Assembly: GCF_054482595.1 (NCBI RefSeq)
Contig: NZ_CM137008.1
Length of the DNA: 64,000 nucleotides
Reading direction: 5' to 3' (one strand)
This document shows, in pieces, positions 10,125 to 23,124 of the stretch; within the stretch, counting starts at the first letter, position 1, and every line of letters begins with the position of its first letter. The translations under genes were made by a program, and so were the position numbers. The notes below the pieces were generated by a model. That model was not told where the DNA came from and did not search any database. It was given only the letters and a program-made list of their open reading frames with translations.

Positions 10125-11852
10125 TTAGCAGATTGTTTTTTCTTCAATGAACTTGTTAACCAGCGTCATTAACTCGTCCGTTGTCGGTTGAGCAAGAGCC
10201 TGCTCTGCTAACACCTTCGCATCTTCGAAGTTCGTGTTACGGATAATCTTCTTAATGCGCGGGATAGAAATGGCGCTCATAGAGAATTCGTCCAGACCCA
10301 TCCCCAGCAACAGAAGTGTAGCACGTTCATCGCCAGCAAGCTCACCACACATGCCAGTCCATTTGCCTTCAGCATGAGAAGCATCAATAACTTGCTTGAT
10401 CAAGTTCAGCACGGACGGTGACATTGGCTGGTAAAGGTGTGAAATCATATCATTACCACGGTCAACTGCCAGAGTGTACTGCGTTAAATCATTGGTGCCG
10501 ATACTAAAGAAATCAACTTCTTTGGCTAAATGACGTGCAATTGTTGCGGCAGCCGGTGTTTCCACCATTACGCCGATTTCAATTGACTCGTCAAACGCTT
10601 TACCTTCGTCGCGCAGTTCCTGTTTGTAGATTTCGATCTCTTTGCGCAGTGCACGCACTTCTTCAACAGAGATGATCATCGGGAACATAATGCGCAATTT
10701 ACCGAAAGCCGAGGCACGCAGGATAGCGCGGAGCTGATCGCGCAGGATCTCTTTACGATCCATCGCGATACGGATAGCGCGCCAGCCGAGGAACGGGTTC
10801 TCTTCTTTCGGGAAGTTCATGTATGGCAGCTCTTTGTCGCCGCCGATGTCCATGGTACGAACGATAACCGCCTGCGAGCCACACGCTTCAGCCACTGCTT
10901 TGTAAGCAGCAAACTGTTCTTCTTCAGTGGGCAGCGCGTCGCGGTCCATGAACAGGAACTCAGTACGATACAGACCAACGCCTTCAGCGCCGTTACGCTC
11001 TGCACCTTCAACGTCACGAACCGTACCAATGTTAGCGCATACTTCTACCTGGTGACCGTCCAGCGTAATAGCTGGCAGATCTTTCAGTTTAGCAAGCTCT
11101 GCTTTTTCAGAAGCCACTTGCTCCTGAACAGCGCGCATTTTATCAATAACTTCGTTGGTTGGATTGACGTAAACCTGATTATTTACGGCATCCAGAATCA
11201 GATAGTCGTCATTTTTCACCTGAGAGGTGACGCTACCGGTACCCACGATAGCAGGCAGTTCCAGAGAACGCGCCATGATAGAGGTGTGGGAAGTACGGCC
11301 ACCCGCGTCGGTGATGAAACCCAGCACCTTCTTCAGGTTCAGCTGTGCGGTTTCGGACGGCGTCAGGTCAGCGGCAACCAGAATGACTTCATCCTGAATG
11401 GCGCTCAGGTCGATAATCTTCAGGCCCAGGATGTTGCGCAGCAGGCGCTTACCGATATCACGTACGTCAGCCGCACGTTCTTTCAGGTATTCATCATCCA
11501 GCTCTTCCAGGGCAGAAGCCTGACCTTCGATAACTTCATGAGCAGCTGCGTCAGCTGTCATGTGTTTATCTTTAATCAGGGCTATGATTTCCTGCTCCAG
11601 CTCCTCATCTTCGAGCAGCATAATATGCCCTTCAAAGATGGCTTCTTTTTCTTCACCGAACGTTTCACCAGCTTTCGTTTTGATCGTTTCCAGCTGGGCT
11701 GATGCCTTGGCACGACCGCTCAGAAAACGTTCAACTTCCTGATCAACCTGGTCGGCAGAAATTTTTTTCCGGTCAATGACAATTTCGTCTTCTTTCAGAA
11801 GCAGAGCTTTACCGAAAGCGATACCCGGGGATGCTAAAATGCCTGAAATCAT
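10125..11852 (-). CDS. ptsI: PTS phosphoenolpyruvate-protein phosphotransferase (Enzyme I)
   Basis: 575 aa; matches Enzyme I. Confidence 0.97.
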   Translation of the reverse strand: MISGILASPGIAFGKALLLKEDEIVIDRKKISADQVDQEVERFLSGRAKASAQLETIKTKAGETFGEEKEAIFEGHIMLLEDEELEQEIIALIKDKHMTADAAAHEVIEGQASALEELDDEYLKERAADVRDIGKRLLRNILGLKIIDLSAIQDEVILVAADLTPSETAQLNLKKVLGFITDAGGRTSHTSIMARSLELPAIVGTGSVTSQVKNDDYLILDAVNNQVYVNPTNEVIDKMRAVQEQVASEKAELAKLKDLPAITLDGHQVEVCANIGTVRDVEGAERNGAEGVGLYRTEFLFMDRDALPTEEEQFAAYKAVAEACGSQAVIVRTMDIGGDKELPYMNFPKEENPFLGWRAIRIAMDRKEILRDQLRAILRASAFGKLRIMFPMIISVEEVRALRKEIEIYKQELRDEGKAFDESIEIGVMVETPAAATIARHLAKEVDFFSIGTNDLTQYTLAVDRGNDMISHLYQPMSPSVLNLIKQVIDASHAEGKWTGMCGELAGDERATLLLLGMGLDEFSMSAISIPRIKKIIRNTNFEDAKVLAEQALAQPTTDELMTLVNKFIEEKTIC

Positions 11853-11896
11853 AACCCTACCTTACTTGTGACTGATTTTTAAAAGAACCCGGGAAA

Positions 11897-12154
11897 TTAC
11901 TCGAGTTCCGCCATCAGTTTAACCAGATGTTCAACCGCTTTCTGCTCGTCTTCGCCTTCTGCGGAGATAGTCACAACGGTACCTTGAGTCAGGCCCAGAG
12001 TCTGCAGTTTAAACAGGCTTTTCGCGCTGGCGCTTTTGCCGTTGGAAGTCACAGTAATTTCAGAAGTGAAGCCCTTAGCTTCTTTTACAAACTGGGCAGC
12101 AGGGCGGGTGTGCAGACCGTTCGGAGCGGTAATGGTAACTTCTTGCTGGAACAT
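11897..12154 (-). CDS. ptsH: PTS phosphocarrier protein HPr
   Basis: 85 aa [22 protein letters not shown]..., active-site His15 context. Confidence 0.97.
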
Positions 12155-12486
12155 TGTATTTCCCCAACTTATAGGTTTAGTGTTGTGGAACTAAAGTCTA
12201 GCCTGGCGGTTCGACTTTAGCCTGTATTGTTAGCGCCAGTTTTTAACAGACGCGACGCACGAAGAGCGCAATACAGTCCATTGCTGGCGGGTGTTGACCG
12301 CTGACGTTTCGTACGTCATTAAACATTATGCCGCTAAAGGAAGAATTGAACCAAATCATAAAATCGATTCAGCTTTGGCTTTTCCTGTAACGATTAATTT
12401 CGCGCATCAAAATAATTAGTCTGGTTAAATACCAGTTCCGACAGGCTGAATCAATGCCAGGAGGGGCGAAAGTTTGAAGCAGGCCA

Positions 12487-12515
12487 CAAAAAAGCACCTA
12501 AAAAGGTGCTTTTTT
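12487..12515. terminator. Intrinsic terminator downstream of cysK (bidirectional hairpin)
   Basis: aaaaaagcacc-taaaaa-ggtgctttttt. Confidence 0.75.
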
Positions 12516-12537
12516 ACGCATTTTTAACAAGCTGGCA

Positions 12538-13509
12538 TTACTGTTGCAATTCTTTCTCAGTGAAGAGATCGGCAAACAATGCGGTGCTTAAATAACGCTC
12601 ACCCGATGATGGTAGAATAACCACAATATTCTTGTTGGTAAAGCTTTCATCTTCTTGTAGTTTCAACGCCGCGGCAACAGCTGCTCCAGAAGAGATACCT
12701 GCAAGAATACCTTCTTCTTCCATTAGACGACGGGCGGTAGAAATGGCTTCTTCATTGGTGATGCCAATGACTTTATCGACCAGCTTGAGATCGAGGTTAG
12801 CCGGGATAAAACCAGCGCCAATACCCTGAATTTTATGCGGGCCAGGTTTAATCTCTTCACCTGCCAGCGCCTGGGCGATAACTGGAGAATCGGTTGGCTC
12901 AACGGCGACAGAGATAAGATCGGTCTTACCTTTGGTGCCTTTAATGTAGCGGCTGACGCCAGTCAGCGTACCGCCAGTCCCAACGCCAGCAATAAATACA
13001 TCAACCTGACCGTCGGTATCTTCCCAGATCTCCGGACCGGTGGTTTTTTCGTGAATTTCAGGGTTTGCCGGATTGCTGAATTGTTGCAGCAGCAGGTATT
13101 TCTCTGGATTGCTGGCGACAATTTCTTCTGCTTTTTGGATTGCGCCTTTCATGCCTTTAGCACCTTCGGTCAGCACCAGGTTTGCACCTAACGCTTTCAG
13201 CAGCTTGCGGCGTTCAATACTCATGGTTTCTGGCATGGTCAGGGTGAGTTTGTAACCGCGAGCGGCAGCTACATAGGCCAGTGCAATCCCGGTATTACCG
13301 CTGGTCGGTTCAACCAGTTCAACGCCTGGTTTCAGCACGCCGCGCTTTTCGGCATCCCAAATCATGTTGGCACCGATACGGCACTTAACGCTGAAGCTGG
13401 GGTTACGAGATTCCACCTTCGCCAGAATGCGTCCGTTACCGATGCGATTCAGGCGAACCAGCGGCGTGTGACCGATAGTCAGCGAGTTATCTTCAAAAAT
13501 CTTACTCAT
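12538..13509 (-). CDS. cysK: Cysteine synthase A (O-acetylserine sulfhydrylase A)
   Basis: 323 aa; matches CysK. Confidence 0.97.
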   Translation of the reverse strand: MSKIFEDNSLTIGHTPLVRLNRIGNGRILAKVESRNPSFSVKCRIGANMIWDAEKRGVLKPGVELVEPTSGNTGIALAYVAAARGYKLTLTMPETMSIERRKLLKALGANLVLTEGAKGMKGAIQKAEEIVASNPEKYLLLQQFSNPANPEIHEKTTGPEIWEDTDGQVDVFIAGVGTGGTLTGVSRYIKGTKGKTDLISVAVEPTDSPVIAQALAGEEIKPGPHKIQGIGAGFIPANLDLKLVDKVIGITNEEAISTARRLMEEEGILAGISSGAAVAAALKLQEDESFTNKNIVVILPSSGERYLSTALFADLFTEKELQQ

Positions 13510-13693
13510 GGCCTGTCCTTAACTGTATGAAATTGGGATACAACAGGTAGCATACCCGCTCAGAGAATATGCGGAAGTAAGGATTTAGCATATCTATATA
13601 CAGAAGGGAAATAATGACATGCAAGATGGAATAAGGGGCGGCATAAGCTACCCCTGTTTCACACAAACGGTTTACAAAATAACCGGTAGATTG

Positions 13694-14455
13694 TTACCGC
13701 CACATCGCGTGTTTATCGCGATAGCAATCGACCCACATCGCCGTCGCGCCACAAACGGCAACGGGCATGATGAACAGATTAAGCAGCGGGATCATCGTAA
13801 ACAGGCTGGTTAAAGCACCAAACTGCATATTGGTGATTTTGCGTGTGCGCAGGGCGGTGCGCATCTCTTTAAACGGCACTTTGTGGTTATCGAAGGGGTA
13901 ATCGCAATACTGGATGGCTAACATCCAGGCGCTAAACAGGAACCACAGTACCGGCGCGACGGTTTGCCCAATACCAGGGATGAAGTAAAGAATTAGTAAT
14001 ACAATTGCGCGTGGCAGATACCAGGCAAATTTTTGCCATTCGCGTTTCATGATTCGCGGCACATCTTTCATGATACCGAAAATCCCGGTATCTGGCGGTG
14101 TAGCGCCAGTCAATCGTGCTTCCAGTTGTTCAGCCAATAAACCGTTGAACGGAGCGGCAATCCAGTTAGCAATCGTGGAGAAGAAATAGCCAAACACTAA
14201 CAGCACAGAGATGACAGCCAGAGGCCACAACAGATAGCTCAGCCATTGTAACCAGTCCGGAACATAACTCATGAGAGTCGGGATCCAGACATCGAGTTGC
14301 GTAAAGAGCCACCAGAATGCGCCCCCCATCAACAAAATATTGACCAGCAGCGGTAAAATAACGAAACGCCGAATCCCAGGTTGCGAGACGAGCTTCCAGC
14401 CTTGCGCAAAATAGTAAAAACCGCTGCGTGGGGCAGATGTGAATGATGAAACCAT
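13694..14455 (-). CDS. cysZ: Sulfate transporter CysZ
   Basis: 253 aa multi-TM protein; matches CysZ. Confidence 0.93.
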
Positions 14456-14684
14456 AATCAGGATGAGCTCCTTTTGACCAATCCCAGGAAAATTGTGCGT
14501 ATTTTACCGGGTAATTGCGCAATGGACAGTTAGGATATGTTCGAAAAAACAGCAAAAAGCACGATTTCATCTATCTTTGTGCTGTGAAAGTTAATAGTGC
14601 ACTTGCACTTGAGGTAATCGGCAAATACTCTTAGTGAGTAAATGTTTGCCGTGGTGGCAAGGTGTTAGAACAACAGAGAATATA

Positions 14685-15683
14685 ATGATGCAGGATTTGC
14701 GTCTGATATTAATCATTGTTGGCGCGATCGCCATAATCGCTTTACTGGTACATGGTTTCTGGACCAGCCGTAAAGAACGATCTTCTATGTTCCGCGATCG
14801 GCCATTAAAACGAATGAAGTCAAAACGTGACGACGATTCTTATGACGAGGATGTCGAAGATGATGAGGGCGTTGGTGAGGTTCGTGTTCACCGCGTGAAT
14901 CATGCCCCGGCTAACGCCCAGGAGCATGAGGCTGCTCGTCCGTCGCCGCAACACCAGTACCAACCGCCTTATGCGTCTGCGCAGCCGCGTCAACCGATCC
15001 AGCAGCCGCCTGAAGCGCAGGTACCGCCGCAACATGCTCCGCGTCCAGCGCAGCCGGTGCAGCAACCCGTGCAGCAGCCTGCCTATCAGCCGCAACCTGA
15101 ACAGCCGTTGCAGCAGCCAGTTTCGCCACAGGTCGCGCCAGCGCCGCAGCCAGTGCATTCAGCACCGCAACCGGCACAACAGGCTTTCCAGCCTGCAGAA
15201 CCCGTAGCGGCACCACAGCCTGAGCCTGTAGCGGAACCGGCTCCAGTTATGGATAAACCGAAGCGCAAAGAAGCGGTGATTATCATGAACGTCGCGGCGC
15301 ATCACGGTAGCGAGCTAAACGGTGAACTGCTTCTTAACAGCATTCAACAAGCGGGCTTCATTTTTGGCGATATGAATATTTACCATCGTCATCTTAGCCC
15401 GGATGGCAGCGGCCCGGCGTTATTCAGCCTGGCGAATATGGTGAAACCGGGAACCTTTGATCCTGAAATGAAGGATTTCACTACTCCGGGCGTCACTATC
15501 TTTATGCAGGTACCGTCTTACGGTGACGAGCTGCAGAACTTCAAGCTGATGCTGCAATCTGCGCAGCATATTGCCGATGAAGTGGGCGGTGTCGTGCTTG
15601 ACGATCAGCGCCGTATGATGACTCCGCAGAAATTGCGCGAGTACCAGGACATCATCCGCGAAGTTAAAGACGCCAACGCCTGA
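14685..15683 (+). CDS. zipA: Cell division protein ZipA (FtsZ membrane anchor)
   Basis: Starts [21 protein letters not shown] (N-terminal TM), long P/Q-rich linker, C-terminal FtsZ-binding domain; start taken at 14685, not the ORF-track 14634. Confidence 0.92.
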   Translation: MMQDLRLILIIVGAIAIIALLVHGFWTSRKERSSMFRDRPLKRMKSKRDDDSYDEDVEDDEGVGEVRVHRVNHAPANAQEHEAARPSPQHQYQPPYASAQPRQPIQQPPEAQVPPQHAPRPAQPVQQPVQQPAYQPQPEQPLQQPVSPQVAPAPQPVHSAPQPAQQAFQPAEPVAAPQPEPVAEPAPVMDKPKRKEAVIIMNVAAHHGSELNGELLLNSIQQAGFIFGDMNIYHRHLSPDGSGPALFSLANMVKPGTFDPEMKDFTTPGVTIFMQVPSYGDELQNFKLMLQSAQHIADEVGGVVLDDQRRMMTPQKLREYQDIIREVKDANA

Positions 15684-15714
15684 TACACTTAAGGCAAATT
15701 AACTCCTCTTCGAA

Positions 15715-15736
15715 CCCCCGCTTGTCGGGGGTTTTT
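15715..15736 (+). terminator. Intrinsic terminator after zipA
   Basis: cccccg-cttgt-cggggg followed by ttttt. Confidence 0.75.
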
Positions 15737-15744
15737 AGCATTGA

Positions 15745-17769
<2,025 letters not shown>

Positions 17770-17770
17770 G

Positions 17771-17989
17771 ATGGAAAAAGAGCAGCTGATTGAAATAGCC
17801 AATACGATAATGCCGTTTGGCAAATACAAAGGGCGTCGCTTAATCGACCTGCCGGAGGAGTATCTGCTGTGGTTTGCCCGCAAAGATGAGTTTCCGGCAG
17901 GGAAGCTCGGTGAGCTAATGCAAATCACGCTGCTGATTAAAACCGAGGGGCTGACGCAACTGGTCCAGCCCCTGAAGCGTCCGCTTTAA
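17771..17989 (+). CDS. ypeB: Small DUF3820-family protein YpeB
   Basis: 72 aa from ATG at 17771, 1 nt after ligA stop: MEKEQLIEIANTIMPFGKYKGRRLIDLPEEYLLWFARKDEFP... Confidence 0.8.
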   Translation: MEKEQLIEIANTIMPFGKYKGRRLIDLPEEYLLWFARKDEFPAGKLGELMQITLLIKTEGLTQLVQPLKRPL

Positions 17990-18984
17990 GCTTTATCGGT
18001 GCTGCTTTCCTGCTGCGCCTGTAACTGTTCGGTCTGGCGTTTGTATCGACGCGCCAGCACCGCACAGACCATCAATTGGATCTGATGGAAAATCATCAGG
18101 GGCAGCACCATCATACCGATCACCGATGTGGGGAACAGAATGTTTGCCATCGGGATGCCATTTGCCAGACTCTTTTTCGAACCACAAAAGACGATAGTAA
18201 TTTCATCTGCCTTATTGAAGCCCAGTCGGCGTGCCATAAAGACGTTAACTACAATCACGATAGCCAGAAGAACGCAGCTGACCACCACGATAAACAGCAA
18301 TGATCCCCAGCCAACTTTATGCCAGATACCATTAACGACGGCTTCGCTGAACGCTGTATAAACCACCAACAGAATGGACGTCTGGTCAGTTTTCGCAATC
18401 CATTTTTTATTGCGCGACACCCAGTCACCAATCCACGGCCGGGAAAGATGCCCCAACACAAACGGCAGCAGCAGTTGCAGCATAATTTTACCGACCTGCT
18501 CAAGGCTGCCCCCTGCACCGTGAACATTCATCACCAGACCAACCAGCAATGGTGAAAGGAAAATCCCCAGCAGGCTGGATGCTGACGCAGAACAAACCGC
18601 CGCCGCGACGTTACCGCCCGCCATTGACGTGAAGGCGATTGCAGACTGCACGGTAGCCGGGAGAATGCACAAGTAGAGAAAACCGGAGTAGAGCATCGGG
18701 TCGACATTTACCGGTTTCCACCAGGCAAACAGTACACCCAGAATCGGAAACAGCACGAAGGTGCTGCACATTACCCACAAATGCAGTCGCCAGTGACCAC
18801 CGCCAGCAATAATCGCCTCACGCGACAACTTCGCGCCGTGCATAAAGAACAGCAGGGCAATAGCTGCGGTGGTCAGATTTTCAAAGAAGGGGACGAAATC
18901 GCCTCTGGCCGGAAAGAAAGAGGCCAGCAACACCACCGTGATCAGGGTTAAGGTGAAAGGATCGAGGATACGAAAAAGTTTCAT
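17986..18984 (-). CDS. yfeH: Putative bile acid/sodium symporter-family inner membrane transporter
   Basis: 332 aa polytopic membrane protein; matches YfeH. Confidence 0.9.
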   Translation of the reverse strand: MKLFRILDPFTLTLITVVLLASFFPARGDFVPFFENLTTAAIALLFFMHGAKLSREAIIAGGGHWRLHLWVMCSTFVLFPILGVLFAWWKPVNVDPMLYSGFLYLCILPATVQSAIAFTSMAGGNVAAAVCSASASSLLGIFLSPLLVGLVMNVHGAGGSLEQVGKIMLQLLLPFVLGHLSRPWIGDWVSRNKKWIAKTDQTSILLVVYTAFSEAVVNGIWHKVGWGSLLFIVVVSCVLLAIVIVVNVFMARRLGFNKADEITIVFCGSKKSLANGIPMANILFPTSVIGMMVLPLMIFHQIQLMVCAVLARRYKRQTEQLQAQQESSTDKA

Positions 18985-19073
18985 AAAGACTCCAGATGAT
19001 CGATGGTTCTATTGTGCTTCTTCCAGTTTGAGAAATAAAATTGATTTATTGCATCCATTCATGAAGAAAACAG

Positions 19074-20000
19074 ATGAATTATTCTTTAAAACAATTAAAG
19101 GTTTTCGTCACAGTAGCGCAGGAGAAAAGTTTTAGTCGTGCAGGAGAGCGTATCGGCCTGAGCCAGTCGGCAGTAAGTCACAGTGTGAAGGAGCTGGAAA
19201 ATCATACTGGTGTTCGCCTGCTGGACAGAACCACGCGTGAAGTGGTGCTTACAGATGCAGGGCAGCAGTTGGCTTTGCGTCTTGAGCGACTGCTGGATGA
19301 ACTTAACAGCACGTTGCGCGATACCGGGCGTATGGGGCAACAACTGAGCGGAAAAGTTCGGGTCGCTGCCAGCCAGACCATTTCCGCGCATCTTATTCCG
19401 CAATGCATTGCTGAAAGCCATCGCCGCTATCCAGATATTCAGTTTGTCCTGCACGATCGTCCGCAGCAGTGGGTGATGGAAAGTATTCGCCAGGGAGATG
19501 TCGACTTTGGCATCGTCATCGATCCAGGCCCAGTGGGCGATCTGCAATGTGAAGCGATTCTTTCCGAGCCTTTCTTTCTGCTTTGCCATCGGGATAGCGC
19601 TTTGGCCGCGGAAGATTATGTACCCTGGCAGGCATTACAGGGAGCGAAATTGGTGTTGCAGGATTACGCGTCAGGCAGCCGACCGCTGATTGACGCAGCG
19701 CTGGCGCGCAATGGTATTCAGGCGAATATTGTGCAGGAGATTGGACATCCGGCGACGCTATTCCCGATGGTAGCCGCAGGCATCGGCATCAGTATTCTTC
19801 CCGCACTGGCGCTACCATTGCCTGAAGGTAGCCCGCTGGTGGTAAAGCGCATTACGCCGGTTGTTGAACGCCAGTTGATGCTGGTGCGCAGGAAGAACCG
19901 TTCACTTTCCACCGCCGCTGAAGCGTTATGGGACGTGGTACGAGACCAGGGCAATGCGCTAATGGCTGGGCGGGAAGGGGATCCGTTGTATCAGATATAG
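19074..20000 (+). CDS. yfeR: LysR-family transcriptional regulator
   Basis: 308 aa; N-terminal HTH ([32 protein letters not shown]); divergent from yfeH. Confidence 0.9.
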   Translation: MNYSLKQLKVFVTVAQEKSFSRAGERIGLSQSAVSHSVKELENHTGVRLLDRTTREVVLTDAGQQLALRLERLLDELNSTLRDTGRMGQQLSGKVRVAASQTISAHLIPQCIAESHRRYPDIQFVLHDRPQQWVMESIRQGDVDFGIVIDPGPVGDLQCEAILSEPFFLLCHRDSALAAEDYVPWQALQGAKLVLQDYASGSRPLIDAALARNGIQANIVQEIGHPATLFPMVAAGIGISILPALALPLPEGSPLVVKRITPVVERQLMLVRRKNRSLSTAAEALWDVVRDQGNALMAGREGDPLYQI

Positions 20001-20332
20001 ATATCGATATGAGTCGTTTTTTCAACAGGATTTAGAAGGGATACATTCAGAGACAAACGCTGCTCTTTTTCCTGCGCCTTTTCTGCCTGCTGTCTCTGCA
20101 ACTGCGCCAGTTGTGTTTCCAGTAGGGTGATTTGCTGTTGAATCAATTCGGCCTGTTTTTGTTTGTCTTCAGCACTGCCGCTAGTGTCTACAATCTCTTT
20201 AATTTGTTGAGTGAGTTTGATGATTTGCTGACTTATCCGCGCGATTTGTGAAGCAACATCGCTACCTTGTGATGCCATGTTACTACTCTGTGTTTGTATG
20301 GAAGGAATTGAAGTTGAAGAGATAGTGGCCAT
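19991..20332 (-). CDS. FlxA-like coiled-coil protein (Q/L-rich heptad region), hypothetical
   Basis: 113-aa ORF with GAGGA RBS 7 nt upstream of ATG; S/T-rich N-terminus, coiled-coil core ([13 protein letters not shown]...[25 protein letters not shown]), hydrophobic C-terminus IDIYI; resemblance to prophage FlxA is from memory; 3' end overlaps yfeR by 10 nt. Confidence 0.6.
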   Translation of the reverse strand: MATISSTSIPSIQTQSSNMASQGSDVASQIARISQQIIKLTQQIKEIVDTSGSAEDKQKQAELIQQQITLLETQLAQLQRQQAEKAQEKEQRLSLNVSLLNPVEKTTHIDIYI

Positions 20333-20408
20333 TGTTCAGTCCTCGTCACTGTACGAGGTAATATCGGTAGAAGAACAAGGAACTTGAGAAGAAAAATCAA
20401 TCTTACAA

Positions 20409-20469
20409 ATCGCAGATAGCAAAAAAGCGCCTTTAGGGCGCTTTTTTACATTGGTGGGTCGTGCAGGAT
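20409..20469 (-). repeat. Distal copy of a 61-bp direct repeat: lysV 3'-terminal 18 nt plus downstream terminator (att-like scar)
   Basis: Identical to 20565..20625; contains tRNA-Lys 3' end (revcomp ATCCTGCACGACCCACCA) and the hairpin aaaagcgccctaaaggcgctttttt. Confidence 0.85.
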
Positions 20470-20564
20470 GACTCGCTTCGCTCGCCCTTCGGGCCGTCGC
20501 CGCGAGCGGCTCCGTTGTTTCGCTGCGCTCAACTCGAACCTGCTGCAGGTTCGAATCTTTGAGT

Positions 20565-20625
20565 ATCGCAGATAGCAAAAAAGCGCCTTTAGGGCGCTTT
20601 TTTACATTGGTGGGTCGTGCAGGAT
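20565..20625 (-). repeat. Proximal copy of the 61-bp direct repeat (overlaps the 3' end of intact lysV and its terminator)
   Basis: Exact 61/61 match to 20409..20469. Confidence 0.85.
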
Positions 20626-20683
20626 TCGAACCTGCGACCAATTGATTAAAAGTCAACTGCTCTACCAACTGAGCTAACGACCC
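20608..20683 (-). tRNA. lysV: tRNA-Lys (anticodon UUU)
   Basis: Reverse complement reads GGGTCGTTAGCTCAGTTGGTAGAGCAGTTGACTTTTAATCAATTGGTCGCAGGTTCGAATCCTGCACGACCCACCA. Confidence 0.97.
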
Positions 20684-20687
20684 GAAG

Positions 20688-20763
20688 TGGTGGGTGATGA
20701 CGGGATCGAACCGCCGACCCCCTCCTTGTAAGGGAGGTGCTCTCCCAGCTGAGCTAATCACCC
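20688..20763 (-). tRNA. valY: tRNA-Val (anticodon UAC)
   Basis: Reverse complement reads GGGTGATTAGCTCAGCTGGGAGAGCACCTCCCTTACAAGGAGGGGGTCGGCGGTTCGATCCCGTCATCACCCACCA; 4-nt spacer to lysV. Confidence 0.97.
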
Positions 20764-20809
20764 ACTTCGGTACTTCACATTGTTACAAGAAATTTAGCTG
20801 GCGAGAAAG

Positions 20810-20885
20810 TGGTGGGTGATGACGGGATCGAACCGCCGACCCCCTCCTTGTAAGGGAGGTGCTCTCCCAGCTGAGCTAATCACCC
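20810..20885 (-). tRNA. valX: tRNA-Val (anticodon UAC)
   Basis: Identical 76-nt tRNA-Val copy. Confidence 0.97.
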
Positions 20886-20929
20886 ACTTCTCAATTTCTT
20901 GCTACACGGCGGAGACTACATAAAGTAGT

Positions 20930-21005
20930 TGGTGGGTGATGACGGGATCGAACCGCCGACCCCCTCCTTGTAAGGGAGGTGCTCTCCCAGCTGAGCTAAT
21001 CACCC
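20930..21005 (-). tRNA. valU: tRNA-Val (anticodon UAC)
   Basis: Identical 76-nt tRNA-Val copy; first gene of the tRNA operon. Confidence 0.97.
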
Positions 21006-21022
21006 CCGCTGTGTGGAGTCGC

Positions 21023-21050
21023 ATTATAGGGAGAGTTCAAAATGAGTCAA
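21023..21050 (-). promoter_or_regulatory. Candidate sigma70 promoter of the valU-valX-valY-lysV tRNA operon
   Basis: On minus strand TTGACT (21050..21045), 16-nt spacer, TATAAT (21028..21023), then a GC-rich discriminator before the tRNA 5' end. Confidence 0.55.
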
Positions 21051-21263
21051 CGCATTTTCTAAAGAAATTGTTCGTTCGTCGTAAATTTAAGCAAGATGAT
21101 CGCAAAACAGACCGTGTTGCGCAATTTGTCAACGAAAACAATAATGCGTAAGGTAGAAACCCGAACTACATTGAGGAATCAGGCGGGAGTGATAGAATAT
21201 CGCCCACTCAATTTTTCCAGGATTTGCCGGTTGTCGGCATCTTTCTAAACGTAAGGCCATTTC

Positions 21264-22679
21264 ATGAAAATCAAAACTCGCTTCGCGCCAAGCCCAACAG
21301 GCTATCTGCACGTTGGCGGCGCGCGTACTGCTCTTTACTCCTGGCTTTTTGCACGTAACCACGGCGGTGAGTTCGTGCTGCGTATTGAAGACACCGATCT
21401 TGAGCGTTCCACGCCGGAAGCTATCGAAGCCATTATGGATGGCATGAACTGGCTGAGCCTGGAGTGGGATGAAGGTCCGTACTACCAGACCAAACGTTTT
21501 GATCGCTACAACGCAGTGATCGATCAGATGCTGGAGGAGGGCACTGCTTATAAATGCTATTGCTCTAAAGAGCGCCTGGAAGCGCTGCGCGAAGAACAAA
21601 TGGCGAAAGGTGAGAAGCCGCGTTATGACGGTCGCTGCCGCCACAGTCATGAGCATCACGCTGATGATGAGCCGTGTGTCGTACGTTTTGCTAACCCGCA
21701 GGAAGGTTCTGTTGTTTTTGACGATCAGATCCGTGGTCCGATCGAGTTCAGCAACCAGGAGCTGGATGATCTGATTATCCGCCGTACCGATGGTTCCCCA
21801 ACCTATAACTTCTGTGTGGTTGTCGATGACTGGGATATGGAAATCACCCACGTTATCCGTGGCGAAGACCATATCAACAACACGCCACGCCAGATCAACA
21901 TTCTTAAAGCCCTGAAAGCGCCGGTACCGGTTTACGCGCACGTTTCTATGATCAACGGCGATGACGGCAAAAAACTGTCCAAACGTCACGGGGCAGTCAG
22001 CGTAATGCAGTATCGTGATGACGGTTATTTGCCCGAAGCACTGCTGAACTATCTGGTGCGTCTGGGCTGGTCCCACGGCGATCAGGAAATCTTCACTCGT
22101 GAAGAGATGATCAAATACTTCACTCTGAATGCCGTCAGCAAATCTGCCAGTGCGTTCAACACCGACAAGTTGCTGTGGCTGAACCATCACTACATTAATG
22201 CGCTGCCGCCGGAGTATGTTGCTACTCACTTACAGTGGCACATTGAGCAGGAAAATATCGATACCCGTAACGGCCCGCAGCTGGCTGATCTGGTGAAACT
22301 GCTGGGCGAACGCTGCAAGACGCTGAAAGAGATGGCACAGAGCTGCCGTTATTTCTACGAAGATTTTGCTGAGTTCGATGCCGATGCCGCGAAAAAACAT
22401 CTGCGTCCGGTAGCGCGTCAGCCGCTGGAAGTAGTTCGTGACAAACTGGCCGCGATTACTGACTGGACAGCTGAAAACGTTCATCACGCTATTCAGGCGA
22501 CGGCGGATGAGCTGGAAGTGGGTATGGGTAAAGTTGGTATGCCGCTGCGTGTCGCCGTAACCGGTGCGGGGCAGTCTCCGGCACTGGATGTTACCGTTCA
22601 CGCAATCGGTAAGACACGTAGCATTGAGCGTATCAACAAAGCGCTGGCCTTTATTGCTGAACGCGAAAACCAGCAGTAA
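21264..22679 (+). CDS. gltX: Glutamyl-tRNA synthetase
   Basis: 471 aa; class I HIGH motif ([13 protein letters not shown]) and KMSKS variant KLSKR. Confidence 0.97.
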   Translation: MKIKTRFAPSPTGYLHVGGARTALYSWLFARNHGGEFVLRIEDTDLERSTPEAIEAIMDGMNWLSLEWDEGPYYQTKRFDRYNAVIDQMLEEGTAYKCYCSKERLEALREEQMAKGEKPRYDGRCRHSHEHHADDEPCVVRFANPQEGSVVFDDQIRGPIEFSNQELDDLIIRRTDGSPTYNFCVVVDDWDMEITHVIRGEDHINNTPRQINILKALKAPVPVYAHVSMINGDDGKKLSKRHGAVSVMQYRDDGYLPEALLNYLVRLGWSHGDQEIFTREEMIKYFTLNAVSKSASAFNTDKLLWLNHHYINALPPEYVATHLQWHIEQENIDTRNGPQLADLVKLLGERCKTLKEMAQSCRYFYEDFAEFDADAAKKHLRPVARQPLEVVRDKLAAITDWTAENVHHAIQATADELEVGMGKVGMPLRVAVTGAGQSPALDVTVHAIGKTRSIERINKALAFIAERENQQ

Positions 22680-22697
22680 TTAGCGTGTAAAAAGATA

Positions 22698-22728
22698 AAC
22701 GGCAGGAGATAATATCCTGCCGTTTTTT
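22698..22728. terminator. Intrinsic terminator between convergent gltX and yfeD
   Basis: aacggcagga-gataatat-cctgccgtt followed by tttt. Confidence 0.75.
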
Positions 22729-22730
22729 AT

Positions 22731-23123
22731 TTATGCTGATTCGTCAATATCGAGACGGGCGAGGAAATTGCGAATTCCTTCACGTGACAAAAATTGCGCG
22801 ACTTTTTCCTGCTCAATGTCTGTCATATTATCTATCGCGTTGATGATTTGTCGATACGCCGGGGCGCGTGCTCCAGGAGCGTATTCAGCAATTCTCTCTT
22901 CAGCTTCCATCAACATTGGTGTGTTATGGAACGCAGGCGTGTTCTGAATAAACTCGCAAACTTGCGTATCGACCAGAATAAGTCTGGCACGACCGCCTTT
23001 CACGCCGGGAAATTTTTCCGTTTTCCAGCCTTTTTCTCTGATCCAACGGTTAACAGTTTGTTTAGCCACACCGAGGCATTCAGCCAGTTCTTCGGTGGTC
23101 ATTTTATTGCGTAATCTTTTCAT
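22731..23123 (-). CDS. yfeD: DUF1323-family putative DNA-binding protein
   Basis: 130 aa; matches YfeD; paralogous to adjacent yfeC (shared ...QTVNRWIREKGW... / ...QTINKWVRKEGW... motif). Confidence 0.85.
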   Translation of the reverse strand: MKRLRNKMTTEELAECLGVAKQTVNRWIREKGWKTEKFPGVKGGRARLILVDTQVCEFIQNTPAFHNTPMLMEAEERIAEYAPGARAPAYRQIINAIDNMTDIEQEKVAQFLSREGIRNFLARLDIDESA

Positions 23124-23124
23124 A

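Noticed and set aside
14820-15286. Cluster of overlapping R-rich or A-rich ORFs on both strands inside zipA
   Set aside because: Produced by the low-complexity P/Q-rich linker of ZipA (CAG/CCG-rich codons); not a repeat array or separate gene.
14685-15683. ZipA being 331-332 aa here rather than the 328 aa I recall for K-12
   Set aside because: A difference of 3-4 residues in the P/Q-rich linker is ordinary strain variation, and my recalled K-12 length may itself be slightly off.
20336-20761. 141-aa minus-strand ORF across the lysV/valY region
   Set aside because: It is the translation of tRNA genes and their repeats; the tRNA calls explain the sequence.
21129-22229. 366-aa minus-strand ORF antisense to gltX
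   Set aside because: Shadow ORF; gltX has class I synthetase motifs on the plus strand.
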